A stretch of DNA of 64,000 bases from a virus (IMGVR_UViG_3300036845_000721:67445-131444); one strand, 5' to 3'; positions 55,266-62,520 are shown, counted from the stretch's first letter. Program-made: numbers and translations. Notes: generated by a model not told the origin, from the letters alone.

Positions 55266-56045
55266 ATGAACGAGTCGACACAGTGGCTGAGTGACGCGGC
55301 GGTCGCGCCTGCCCTGCCCGCCTTGCTGTCCGGCCTGGTCCGTCAGCTGCGGGTGTACCTCAACTCCGGCTGGCCGGCTTTCGACCGGCTGGCCGCGATC
55401 CGCGAGGAGCTGGACGGCCTCGCGCCGCCGCCGCCGCCGGACCCGGATACCGGCGGCCCGGTCTACGGCCGGGACCTGATCGGGCAGCTGCTGGCGACGA
55501 GCACCAGCCCGGCCACCATGCTGTTCTCCGCGATCGCGGGCGCGCCGGTCAGCTTCGCGGTGTGGACGGACGGCTGCGTGCAGCTGACCGGCGAGCAGTG
55601 CAAAAGCCTGGACGCCGAGCCGGGCACCTGGGCGGAGCACCGCCGCGGCACCTTCAAGCTGGACGGCCGGGTGCTCGCCGACGTGACCTCGGACGTGATC
55701 ACGAGCCGGATGCCGTCCGCCGCGGTCGCCCGCCTGGAAGCGGGCACCCCGCTGGGCGCCGTGCTGGCCGCCATCGGCCGCCGTGAGCCGCTGTCGGTGC
55801 TGCCGTGGGGCGGCGGCCTGGTGTCGTCCGCGCGGATGTGGACTACGGGCCACGGGGGCAGGCGGCCGGAGCGGGTCGCGCTCGCCGAGGAGACCGTCCA
55901 CCCCTGGTTCTGCCAGCGGGTGCCGGACCCGGACGTGCTACTGCAGCGGACGGGCGGCGCCGAGGAAACGCAGGTAGCGGAACAGGTCCATGATCGCCTC
56001 GTTGCGGGACAGCCCGAACCCGCCGCGGCCGGCGTGCAGGTCTGA
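55266..56045 (+). CDS. Possible chorismate lyase/UTRA-fold protein
   Basis: S.T.L...G......R...L....L..A.S.....R.......L.AG.PLG..L pattern; weak. Confidence 0.35.
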   Translation: MNESTQWLSDAAVAPALPALLSGLVRQLRVYLNSGWPAFDRLAAIREELDGLAPPPPPDPDTGGPVYGRDLIGQLLATSTSPATMLFSAIAGAPVSFAVWTDGCVQLTGEQCKSLDAEPGTWAEHRRGTFKLDGRVLADVTSDVITSRMPSAAVARLEAGTPLGAVLAAIGRREPLSVLPWGGGLVSSARMWTTGHGGRRPERVALAEETVHPWFCQRVPDPDVLLQRTGGAEETQVAEQVHDRLVAGQPEPAAAGVQV

Positions 56046-56210
56046 TCCCTTCGTGGCGGCCACGTACAGCTTCGGTCCCCCGCCGCTGCGGGCCAGCCGG
56101 GCGGTCTCGATGTGCAGCCCGCCGATCACGACCGGCTCGAATACCCGGTCTGTCTGCAGCGGCAGCAGCGGGGTAACCACGGGCCGGGTGACGTCGTTGT
56201 CACCGTCCAT
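55938..56210 (-). CDS. Hypothetical protein
   Basis: Operator B palindrome at 56215 directly upstream; overlaps the 3' end of 55266..56045. Confidence 0.4.
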   Translation of the reverse strand: MDGDNDVTRPVVTPLLPLQTDRVFEPVVIGGLHIETARLARSGGGPKLYVAATKGSDLHAGRGGFGLSRNEAIMDLFRYLRFLGAARPLQ

Positions 56211-56540
56211 GATTTTCCGATCGATCGGAAGTCCTGCATCCGGGGACCCGGCCCGGGGTCACTCGGCAGTAACCCTGCTGGTGCTGGGGCCGCCGTCCCG
56301 TGTCCGGGACGTGCGGGCCGCCGGCCGGCTTCGCCCTGGGGCGCCCCGGCGGGTCCTCCGTCGTGCTGTCCCCCAATGCAACAGCCCGGGCGCCAGGTGC
56401 CGGGCGCACGACCCGGCGGCTGCTTCCCCTGCCCGGTGCCCTGGCAGGTGCTGTCATCGTAACGGGCCGCAGGCGGGACGTCACGCAGGGCCGCGGCGTG
56501 TCCCGGCCTGTTCCGCGCCCGGCCGGGGTAGGGTGGCCCG

Positions 56541-56855
56541 GTGCCCGTTAGCTGGAACGGCCGCCGCCCGGTCAAGGCCCCGCAGTGGAGTCTCCGGGGC
56601 CTGGGCGCGCTGTTCGCTCCCGCGGGCGCGGCCACGGCGCTGTGCTCCCCGGCGGTCCTGCGGCGGGACGCCGCCTGGTGGGAGGAGGCGGCGCGGACGG
56701 CCTGCAACCCGCGGCTGGCCGCCCTGGCGGCCGGGACGGCGGCGGAGTACCGCGCCGCGGCGGACCGGTACGAGGAATGGCTGCGCTGGCTGGGATCCGC
56801 GGCTGGACACCCGGCGCCCGCCACTGTTAGTCTCAGACCGATTACTGAGAGCTAG
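56541..56855 (+). CDS. Ala-rich helical hypothetical protein
   Basis: ORF. Confidence 0.4.
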   Translation: MPVSWNGRRPVKAPQWSLRGLGALFAPAGAATALCSPAVLRRDAAWWEEAARTACNPRLAALAAGTAAEYRAAADRYEEWLRWLGSAAGHPAPATVSLRPITES

Positions 56856-56867
56856 CTAGGAGCCTCG

Positions 56868-57512
56868 ATGACCGACACCCCGCTGCTCGAAACCCCGGTG
56901 AGCAGGCGCAGCCTCCTGCGCGGCGCGGTCGCGGGAGCGGGGGGCCTGACCCTCGCCAGCCTCGGCCTTGCGGTCACGGGCAAGACCGCCCGCGCGTCCA
57001 GCCTCTACTCGATCCAGGCCGACTGGGCCTGGTGCTCGCTCTGCTCCCAGGCGTATTACGCCACCGGGGCGTTCCGCGGCTCCGGGGACTGCCCGAAGCA
57101 GCCCGGCGACGGGCACGCCGCCCCCGGCTGGCACTACTCGATGGTCTACGGTCAGGGCACGACCGGCGGCCTGCCCGGCACCCCCGGTTACCAGAACGGC
57201 TGGCGCTGGTGCCAGTACTGCTACTCGCCCTACTGGCCCGGCACCAACGCGGGCGGCCAGTGCGTCGCCAGCCGCGGCAACGGCTCGCATTCTCCCGGCG
57301 CGTCGTTCAGCTACGCGATGCCGGTCGGGCTGCCCGGCGGCTACCAGGGCGGCTGGTCGCCCTGCGCCGCCTGCTCCACCCTGTACCACTCCGGCTCCGG
57401 CTCCGGCACCGACTGGGGCTACTGCTACGTCAACGCCAACCGCTTCGGCGGCAAGGTGAGCCACAGTCACAACGGCAGCTGGCCGTACGTGCTGATCGTC
57501 AACTCAACCTGA
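56868..57512 (+). CDS. Tat-secreted Cys/Trp-repeat protein
   Basis: SRRSLL twin-arginine signal; three Q.(D/G)W..C..C repeats; AGGAG RBS. Confidence 0.75.
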   Translation: MTDTPLLETPVSRRSLLRGAVAGAGGLTLASLGLAVTGKTARASSLYSIQADWAWCSLCSQAYYATGAFRGSGDCPKQPGDGHAAPGWHYSMVYGQGTTGGLPGTPGYQNGWRWCQYCYSPYWPGTNAGGQCVASRGNGSHSPGASFSYAMPVGLPGGYQGGWSPCAACSTLYHSGSGSGTDWGYCYVNANRFGGKVSHSHNGSWPYVLIVNST

Positions 57513-57734
57513 CCCGTGCAGGATCACGCCGTGCTCCCAGGCGGCCCGCCTGATCCGGCGGCGCATCACCGCGATCACCGCGTCCGCCTCCCAGGAGTCC
57601 AGCTGGTCCAGCTGCACCAGGTGCCCGCGAACCGACGGGTGGCCGATCAGGTGCCAGGCCTGCCGGACGTGCGCCGGGCTGTCCAGCGGCATCGCGTCCA
57701 GCCAGCCCGGCACGGTGACGCCGGCCCGGCCCAT
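57504..57734 (-). CDS. Small hypothetical protein
   Basis: ORF, start uncertain. Confidence 0.45.
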   Translation of the reverse strand: MGRAGVTVPGWLDAMPLDSPAHVRQAWHLIGHPSVRGHLVQLDQLDSWEADAVIAVMRRRIRRAAWEHGVILHGSG

Positions 57735-57738
57735 GATG

Positions 57739-57951
57739 TCACCGGCCCGCGGCCCGGCCGGCGATCCGCCGCATCGGGTGGTGCCGGCCGTACAGCCGGG
57801 TGACTTCCAGGTGGTCCGCGATGTCCGGTACCCCGGCCGCGATCCCGCAGGCCTTACCGATCGCCGCGGGCAGGCTGGCGGCCTGCACGCCGAACGTCAT
57901 GATGCCGCCGTTCGGGTAGGTGACGCGCGCCTGCCACTGCCGGGTCTTCAT
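57739..57951 (-). CDS. Small hypothetical protein (MKTRQWQARV...)
   Basis: GGAGG RBS. Confidence 0.55.
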   Translation of the reverse strand: MKTRQWQARVTYPNGGIMTFGVQAASLPAAIGKACGIAAGVPDIADHLEVTRLYGRHHPMRRIAGRAAGR

Positions 57952-58033
57952 GACCGTTCCCTCCGGGTACAGCAAGACCCCGGACGGTGTCGGCCATCCG
58001 GGGTCCTGCCGTGTCTCCTGCGTTGCCCTTCTC

Positions 58034-59674
58034 CTAGATGCTACCCCGCGCGTGGTCGGCGAGCAGGGCCGGCACGTCGGCATCGAAGCCCGAGACGTCC
58101 AGGCTTCCCGCGTCGTCCGGGTCCGCCAGCGCGAACCGCGTCGGGGTGGTCATGATGGTCTGCATCCGGGCATTGATGCCCATCCGCTGGCGGTAGTTCT
58201 CCAGCGCCTGGAAGACGTGGATACCGCGGTTGGCCTCGTAGTCGCTCCAGATCTGGAACGTGTCGACCTCGATCTTGTTGGTCGCGGCCCAGACCATCGG
58301 CAGCGAGCAGTCGGTGGCGCCGAACGGCAGCGCCGCCATGTAGCCCATCGCCTGGTCCAGCCGCATCTGCGGGGACAGCTGCAGCGGCATGAACCAGTCG
58401 CTGAAGCCGTAGCAGCCCCAGGCCGGCTCGGTGTTCATGACCACCAGCGACATCGCCGCGACGGCCTCCCGCGCGGTCAGGCCGTAGCCCGCCGCCGAGT
58501 AGGTCATCGACCCGGAGATGTCCAGCGCGATCATGGTCCGCTTGCCGGCCGGCTCGGTGGTCCGGAACGCGGCGTAGAAGCCGTCCGACAGCGCGCCGGT
58601 CACCTGCGGCACCGGGGTCCACGTCGTGGTGCCCTTCTCCGACCGGCCCGTGGCGTACACCTTGGCAGCGATCAGCATCCGCACCGGGTGCACCCGGCCC
58701 TTGCGCAGCAGGCTCGCGTCGGTCAGCCGCTCCGTCACGGCCCGCAGGTGCGAGCTCATCGGCGCGAGCACGCCGAGCCGGGTCAGCTTCGGCAGGTTCC
58801 GGATCAGCGCCGTGATCGGCATGCCGGCGTCGACCAGCGCCCGCATGACGTCCGCCTGCGAGGTGGCCTCGTCCGGCAGCGCCTCCCACGGCAGGCCCGG
58901 GTACTCCCCGAGCAGCGACACGTAGGCCTGCGCCTTGACGGCGGCGGTGCCGGAGCCGCGCTCGATCTCCCGGGCGCGCTCGTAGCCGGCCACCCACTTC
59001 GGCAGCGCGGTGTCGTTGCCCGGGTACCGGTCGCCGCCGGTCACCCAGCCGAACAGCCGGTCGTGGGCGGCCATCAGCGTGCCGTCGGCCGCCCGCGGCT
59101 TCGGGTGCGCCATCCGCAGCAGGTCAGCGTGCGCCCAGCCGTCCCGCTGCCGGTACTTGACCAGCTGGTAGGCCAGCTCGTCCGCGTCCTTGGTCAGGTA
59201 CCAGGACGCGACCGCCTGCCGGGCCAGCGTGCCCCAGCCGCCGAACTGCTCGGCGTACTTGGCGAACGTCTCCAGGTGCGAGCCGGTCCGCACGATCGCC
59301 GGGAGCGCCCGCGCGGCGGCCCGGCGCCCGTCGACATCACCGAGGTGCAGCGCGGCGGCCAGCGCGAGCAGCGCCGGACCCTGCTTCGGCGCCCGGCCCG
59401 CCACCGAGATCTCCTCCGCGAGCTCCACCAGCCGGGTCGCGTTCTCGCGCGCCGCAGCCAGGACAAGGCCGGCGTTGTCGGCCGTGGTGTCCTCGGCGGA
59501 CACGTAGTACGTGCCGAAGGTGCCCATGGTGAGGAACCGGCGCAGCCGCGTCTCGCTGCCGGCCAGGTGGGAGTAGCCGCCCGTGTTATTGAGCTCCTGC
59601 CGCGGGTCGGCCTGGCGGGTGACGGCCGTGGCCGCTCCGCGAACCCGGATCTGCTCCAGCGTGTCCTTCGTCAT
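58034..59674 (-). CDS. rsr: Ro60/TROVE-domain RNA-binding protein (Rsr) with C-terminal vWA domain
   Basis: N..GGY....RL.RFL..G, KY.QR.GW.H.DLLR.AHP, LPWEALP, ALIRNL.KL, vWA MIDAS DISGSM, G.TDCSLP; start re-called at MTKDTL with AGGAGG. Confidence 0.95.
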   Translation of the reverse strand: MTKDTLEQIRVRGAATAVTRQADPRQELNNTGGYSHLAGSETRLRRFLTMGTFGTYYVSAEDTTADNAGLVLAAARENATRLVELAEEISVAGRAPKQGPALLALAAALHLGDVDGRRAAARALPAIVRTGSHLETFAKYAEQFGGWGTLARQAVASWYLTKDADELAYQLVKYRQRDGWAHADLLRMAHPKPRAADGTLMAAHDRLFGWVTGGDRYPGNDTALPKWVAGYERAREIERGSGTAAVKAQAYVSLLGEYPGLPWEALPDEATSQADVMRALVDAGMPITALIRNLPKLTRLGVLAPMSSHLRAVTERLTDASLLRKGRVHPVRMLIAAKVYATGRSEKGTTTWTPVPQVTGALSDGFYAAFRTTEPAGKRTMIALDISGSMTYSAAGYGLTAREAVAAMSLVVMNTEPAWGCYGFSDWFMPLQLSPQMRLDQAMGYMAALPFGATDCSLPMVWAATNKIEVDTFQIWSDYEANRGIHVFQALENYRQRMGINARMQTIMTTPTRFALADPDDAGSLDVSGFDADVPALLADHARGSI

Positions 59675-59715
59675 GATGCACCTCCTAGCAGGTGAAACGG
59701 TGAAGGCAGAGCCCC

Positions 59716-59797
59716 GCGGGCGAAAAGCGGGAACCGGCGCGCTTTCGCGCAGATCCGTTGAATGGCCGGGTTGATAACCGACTCCCATCCGGCCCGC
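59716..59797 (-). ncRNA. Y RNA-like ncRNA 1 (short insert)
   Basis: 5' GCGGGC-C(bulge)-GGA...GGGAGUCGG-UUAUC pairs with 3' CCGGUUCCC...UUC-GCCCGC; immediately upstream of Ro60. Confidence 0.75.
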
Positions 59798-59818
59798 AGG
59801 GTCCTGTCTTCAGTTGAG

Positions 59819-59957
59819 CTGGCAGGCGAAGTGCGAAAACCGGTGTTGTACGCGCTCTATCCGGGCTGAGCTACCGGTCCCTTTCAGGACCAGGCGGGAT
59901 TTGAACCCGCGACCTCGCGCTCCCAAGGCGATAACCGACTCTCATCCGGCCTGCCAG
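59819..59957 (-). ncRNA. Y RNA-like ncRNA 2 (YrlA-type, circularly permuted tRNA domain)
   Basis: Same bulged-C stem; insert order is T arm (GCGGG UUCAAAU CCCGC), closed acceptor hairpin, D arm (AGCUCAGCCCGGAUAGAGC). Confidence 0.9.
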
Positions 59958-59964
59958 GGCTAGC

Positions 59965-60048
59965 CCGGCGGGCGAAAGCTGGTGACCGGAGCGCTATCGC
60001 GCCTGATTAGAAGTCAGGTGATAACCGATCACACGTCCGGCCCGCCGG
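59965..60048 (-). ncRNA. Y RNA-like ncRNA 3 (anticodon-like hairpin insert)
   Basis: Same stem; insert CCUGA-CUUCUAA-UCAGG plus GCG-GAUA-GCG tetraloop hairpin. Confidence 0.75.
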
Positions 60049-60058
60049 AAGAATGAGT

Positions 60059-60190
60059 GCTGGCGGGCGAAGAATGGGAACCGGAGTCTCCCCGGTGTTA
60101 AACGAGGAGTCCCTGCCATCAGGGAAGGCCCCGTGGTGGGGCCTGGAGGAATCGAACCTTCGGTAACCGACTCCCGGCCGGCCCGCCAGC
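60059..60190 (-). ncRNA. Y RNA-like ncRNA 4 (four-arm permuted tRNA-like insert)
   Basis: Same stem; T arm GAAGG-UUCGAUU-CCUCC, hairpin AGGCCCC/GGGGCCU, 6-bp hairpin UCCCUG-AUGG-CAGGGA, 7-bp hairpin. Confidence 0.8.
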
Positions 60191-60220
60191 ATCACGATCA
60201 TAGCGTGAGCATCACGTAGA

Positions 60221-60336
60221 GCTGGCAAGCGAAGTGCGGGAACCGGGAACCTCCTCGCGGAGGGTGAGGGTATCGAACCCTCATCTAGGACTTCCGCCCT
60301 ATTTACCGATAACCAACTCCCATCCGGCTCGCCAGC
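60221..60336 (-). ncRNA. Y RNA-like ncRNA 5 (T-arm-containing insert)
   Basis: Same stem; UAGGGC-GGAA-GUCCUA, UGAGGG-UUCGAUA-CCCUCA, CCUCC-GCGA-GGAGG. Confidence 0.8.
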
Positions 60337-60340
60337 CCGG

Positions 60341-60413
60341 TGGCCCCGGCGCGACTCGAACGCGCGCACGCCGCTTAGGAGGCGGCAGCTCTAGTCCGCT
60401 GAGCTACGGGGTC
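60341..60413 (-). tRNA. tRNA-Arg(CCT)
   Basis: Cloverleaf, anticodon arm GCCGC-CT CCT AA-GCGGC; one acceptor mismatch. Confidence 0.9.
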
Positions 60414-60417
60414 AAAG

Positions 60418-60491
60418 ACGCCGAGACGGGACTTGAACCCGTGTAACGCGCTTTGCAGGCGCGGGCCTGCGCCAGTCTCGGCCACTCGGCG
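60418..60491 (-). tRNA. tRNA-Cys(GCA)
   Basis: Cloverleaf, CT GCA AA loop, U73. Confidence 0.9.
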
Positions 60492-60492
60492 A

Positions 60493-60568
60493 TGGTGTCC
60501 CCGGCGCGACTCGAACGCGCGACGCACGGCTCCGGAGGCCGCAGCTCTGTCCACTGAGCTACGGGGAC
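60493..60568 (-). tRNA. tRNA-Arg(CCG)
   Basis: Cloverleaf, CT CCG GA loop, encoded CCA. Confidence 0.92.
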
Positions 60569-60574
60569 TTGGTC

Positions 60575-61216
60575 TCATGCAGCCAGCCGGCGCCGCGGGG
60601 TGCGGTTCCCGGTCTGGCGGAAGCCCGGCTCGTCGGTGGCCAGGTGCAGCAGCTGCGCGAGGTGCGCGTCGGGATCGGGCAGGCCGCCCGGCGGGTGACA
60701 GCACCAGGTCGCGGTCCGCGGGCCGCCGGGGCGCTCCAGCTCGTCTATGTTGCCGGCCTGGCCGTCGCGGCGGATCCGCCACCAGCCGCCCGCCGACCCT
60801 TGCAGCTCGAAGTACCCGCGCTCGGTGTACGACCGCGCCTCGTCCTCGGTCAGGACCGACAGCAGCAGCTCCCTGGCCCGCACAGACGCACGAGCACGGC
60901 GGTGACGATCGGCTTCCGCCTCGCGTGCCCAGGTGTCCAGCGTGGCCTGGTCCGGTGGCACTAGCCCCGGCGGCGAGCAGTTGTAGCCGGGCAGCCACGG
61001 CTCGCCGTCTGCGGTCGTGCCGTTGCGCGCCCAGACGGCACCGAAGCCGGCCATGGACGCGCCCGTGCAGGTGATGACCTCCGTCAGGTTACCGATCGAG
61101 CGGGTCAGCTCCACGGTGCTGCTGGTGATGCCGATCAGCGTCCACTGCGTGGCGGCCGAGCCCGTCGTGGTGCTCCCGACGTACAGCTGGGCCGGCCCGG
61201 ACAGCAGGACCGGCAC
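60575..61216 (-). CDS. Hypothetical phage protein (LLLSVLT...GYFELQG...WCCHP...LAQLLHL.TDE..F)
   Basis: ORF within the tRNA cluster, adjacent to 61219..61488. Confidence 0.65.
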   Translation of the reverse strand: MPVLLSGPAQLYVGSTTTGSAATQWTLIGITSSTVELTRSIGNLTEVITCTGASMAGFGAVWARNGTTADGEPWLPGYNCSPPGLVPPDQATLDTWAREAEADRHRRARASVRARELLLSVLTEDEARSYTERGYFELQGSAGGWWRIRRDGQAGNIDELERPGGPRTATWCCHPPGGLPDPDAHLAQLLHLATDEPGFRQTGNRTPRRRLAA

Positions 61217-61218
61217 GG

Positions 61219-61488
61219 TTAGCCGCCGCGGTTGGGGCGGTGCGCGACGATCTGCAGCGCGCCCGCGGCCGGGTCGAACTCACGGATCTCGGTGCGCTTG
61301 CGGCCCCGGTCCTCGATCTTGTAGGTGCCGTAGCCGGCCCGCCGCAGGTCGGCGAAGGCCTGCCGGGCGTTAGCCACGTCGTCGGGGTCCCCGGGATTCC
61401 AGGTGATCCGGAAGTCGCCGTCGTCGGAGGTCAGCTTGGAGATGCAGCCGAAGCCGGCCGGGACATCGGTCAGTACCTGCTCTGCCAT
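61219..61488 (-). CDS. Small protein ending in di-glycine (…RPNRGG)
   Basis: GD.RITW.P..PD.V..AR..F..L...GY...FDP.A pattern. Confidence 0.7.
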   Translation of the reverse strand: MAEQVLTDVPAGFGCISKLTSDDGDFRITWNPGDPDDVANARQAFADLRRAGYGTYKIEDRGRKRTEIREFDPAAGALQIVAHRPNRGG

Positions 61489-61508
61489 GGGAACATCATG
61501 CCACTGGG

Positions 61509-61588
61509 TGGCGGAGCCTGGTGTCGGGCCAGGTCTGCCGAGGCCACGGTTTTACAGACCGCTGGGCGTGCCGCCGCCCACCTCCGCC
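61509..61588 (-). tRNA. Atypical tRNA-Tyr(GTA)
   Basis: Perfect acceptor stem, CT GTA AA loop, long variable arm; T loop CCCGACA and D loop non-canonical. Confidence 0.65.
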
Positions 61589-61592
61589 GTTG

Positions 61593-61665
61593 AGGGTCGT
61601 ACGGGAATTGAACCCGTTAACACCTGGGTCACAGCCAGGTCCCGCTGCCGTTTGGGTTACGACCC
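61593..61665 (-). tRNA. tRNA-His(GTG)
   Basis: Cloverleaf, CCTGG-CT GTG AC-CCAGG. Confidence 0.85.
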
Positions 61666-61667
61666 GG

Positions 61668-61742
61668 TGGTCAGTGAGGGATTTGAACCCCCGCAAGCCC
61701 GCGGTGTGGGCGCGGTGCTCTCCCTGGCTGAGCTAACTGACC
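61668..61742 (-). tRNA. tRNA-Val(CAC), C33 variant
   Basis: Cloverleaf, CCGCG-CC CAC AC-CGCGG. Confidence 0.75.
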
Positions 61743-61750
61743 TTGCCAAG

Positions 61751-61823
61751 TGCGCCCGGGGAGACTCGAACTCCCGACCTGCCGATCCGTAGTCGGCTGC
61801 TCTGTCCGCTGGGCTACGGGCAC
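61751..61823 (-). tRNA. tRNA-Arg(ACG)
   Basis: Cloverleaf, CT ACG GA loop. Confidence 0.92.
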
Positions 61824-61834
61824 TTGTTCCTGCG

Positions 61835-61908
61835 TGGTCGCTGACGGACTCGAACCGCCGGCCTCCTGCGTGTCATGCAGGCGCTCTGCTCATCTGAGCT
61901 AAGCGACC
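61835..61908 (-). tRNA. tRNA-Val(GAC)
   Basis: Cloverleaf, CCTGC-AT GAC AC-GCAGG. Confidence 0.9.
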
Positions 61909-61911
61909 ATC

Positions 61912-61996
61912 GACCGCGAGTCCAGGCCTGGACGGCAGACTCGAACTGCCTTCGCGCCACGGGTGGCGCCAGGGCTCCTGCCCCGACCTCGCGGTC
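61912..61996 (-). ncRNA. Orphan tRNA-like structured RNA without an anticodon loop
   Basis: 8-bp closing stem GACCGCGA/TCGCGGTC enclosing four hairpins including a canonical T arm GGCAG-TTCGAGT-CTGCC. Confidence 0.6.
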
Positions 61997-61999
61997 TTG

Positions 62000-62074
62000 C
62001 GGTGACGACGAGATTTGAACTCGCGACGCCCGGATCGACAATCCAGTGCTCTGACCATGCTGAGCTACGTCACC
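62000..62074 (-). tRNA. tRNA-Asp(GTC)
   Basis: Cloverleaf, TT GTC GA loop, G73. Confidence 0.92.
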
Positions 62075-62086
62075 ATGTAACTTGCG

Positions 62087-62160
62087 CTCCCGCGACGGGA
62101 ATCGAACCTGTAACCATCGCCTTAACAGGGCGCCGCTCTGCCTGATTGAGCTACGCGGGA
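62087..62160 (-). tRNA. tRNA-Asn(GTT)
   Basis: Cloverleaf, CT GTT AA loop, G73. Confidence 0.9.
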
Positions 62161-62195
62161 TCGTTTGCCCGTCACCGGGCGGGTAGGGCAGGGTC

Positions 62196-62351
62196 ATGAT
62201 TATCCTCGGCCTGATCTTGCTGATCCTGGGCTTTGTCGCCAAGATTGCCATCCTGTGGACGATCGGCATCATCGTCCTGGTTGTCGGCCTGGTCCTGCTG
62301 CTTGTCGGCTCCGTCGGCCACCCGGTAGCCGGGCGGCGCTGGTACTGGTAG
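62196..62351 (+). CDS. DUF6131-like small membrane protein (51 aa)
   Basis: MIILGLILLILGFVAKIAILWTIGIIVLVVG...GRRWYW, translated by hand. Confidence 0.7.
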   Translation: MIILGLILLILGFVAKIAILWTIGIIVLVVGLVLLLVGSVGHPVAGRRWYW

Positions 62352-62422
62352 CGGGGGCAGGATTTGAACCTGCGGCCTCCAGGTTATGAGCCTGGCGCGC
62401 TGCCGAACTGCGCTACCCCGCG
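62346..62422 (-). tRNA. tRNA-Met(CAT), initiator-like
   Basis: C1 unpaired with U72, CT CAT AA loop, encoded CCA; anticodon stem has only two of the three initiator G-C pairs. Confidence 0.88.
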
Positions 62423-62445
62423 ATGCTGCCTATCATAACCGCTTG

Positions 62446-62520
62446 CGGTCCCGGCGGGCTTTGAACCCGCGTCGCTCGCTTGAAAGGCGAGTGTCCTGAT
62501 CCTGGCTAGACGAAGGGACC
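62446..62520 (-). tRNA. tRNA-Glu(TTC)
   Basis: Cloverleaf, CT TTC AA loop. Confidence 0.92.

Noticed and set aside
59675-59788. 38-aa N-terminal extension of Ro60 given in the ORF track
   Set aside because: It overlaps Y RNA 1, and a strong AGGAGG RBS sits just before the ATG at 59674.
59850-59930. Apparent stand-alone tRNA inside Y RNA 2
   Set aside because: The arms are in permuted order (T arm before D arm, acceptor closed by a GAAA loop), so it cannot be a conventional tRNA.
59716-60336. Repeat-variable-repeat pattern read as a CRISPR array
   Set aside because: Each unit is bounded by two different, mutually complementary conserved segments forming a stem, the inserts are structured and tRNA-like, and the neighbour is Ro60 rather than Cas.
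61912-61996. Selenocysteine tRNA (selC)
   Set aside because: The 8-bp stem and 6-bp/4-nt hairpin resemble tRNA-Sec, but there is no UCA anticodon loop and an extra hairpin follows the T arm.
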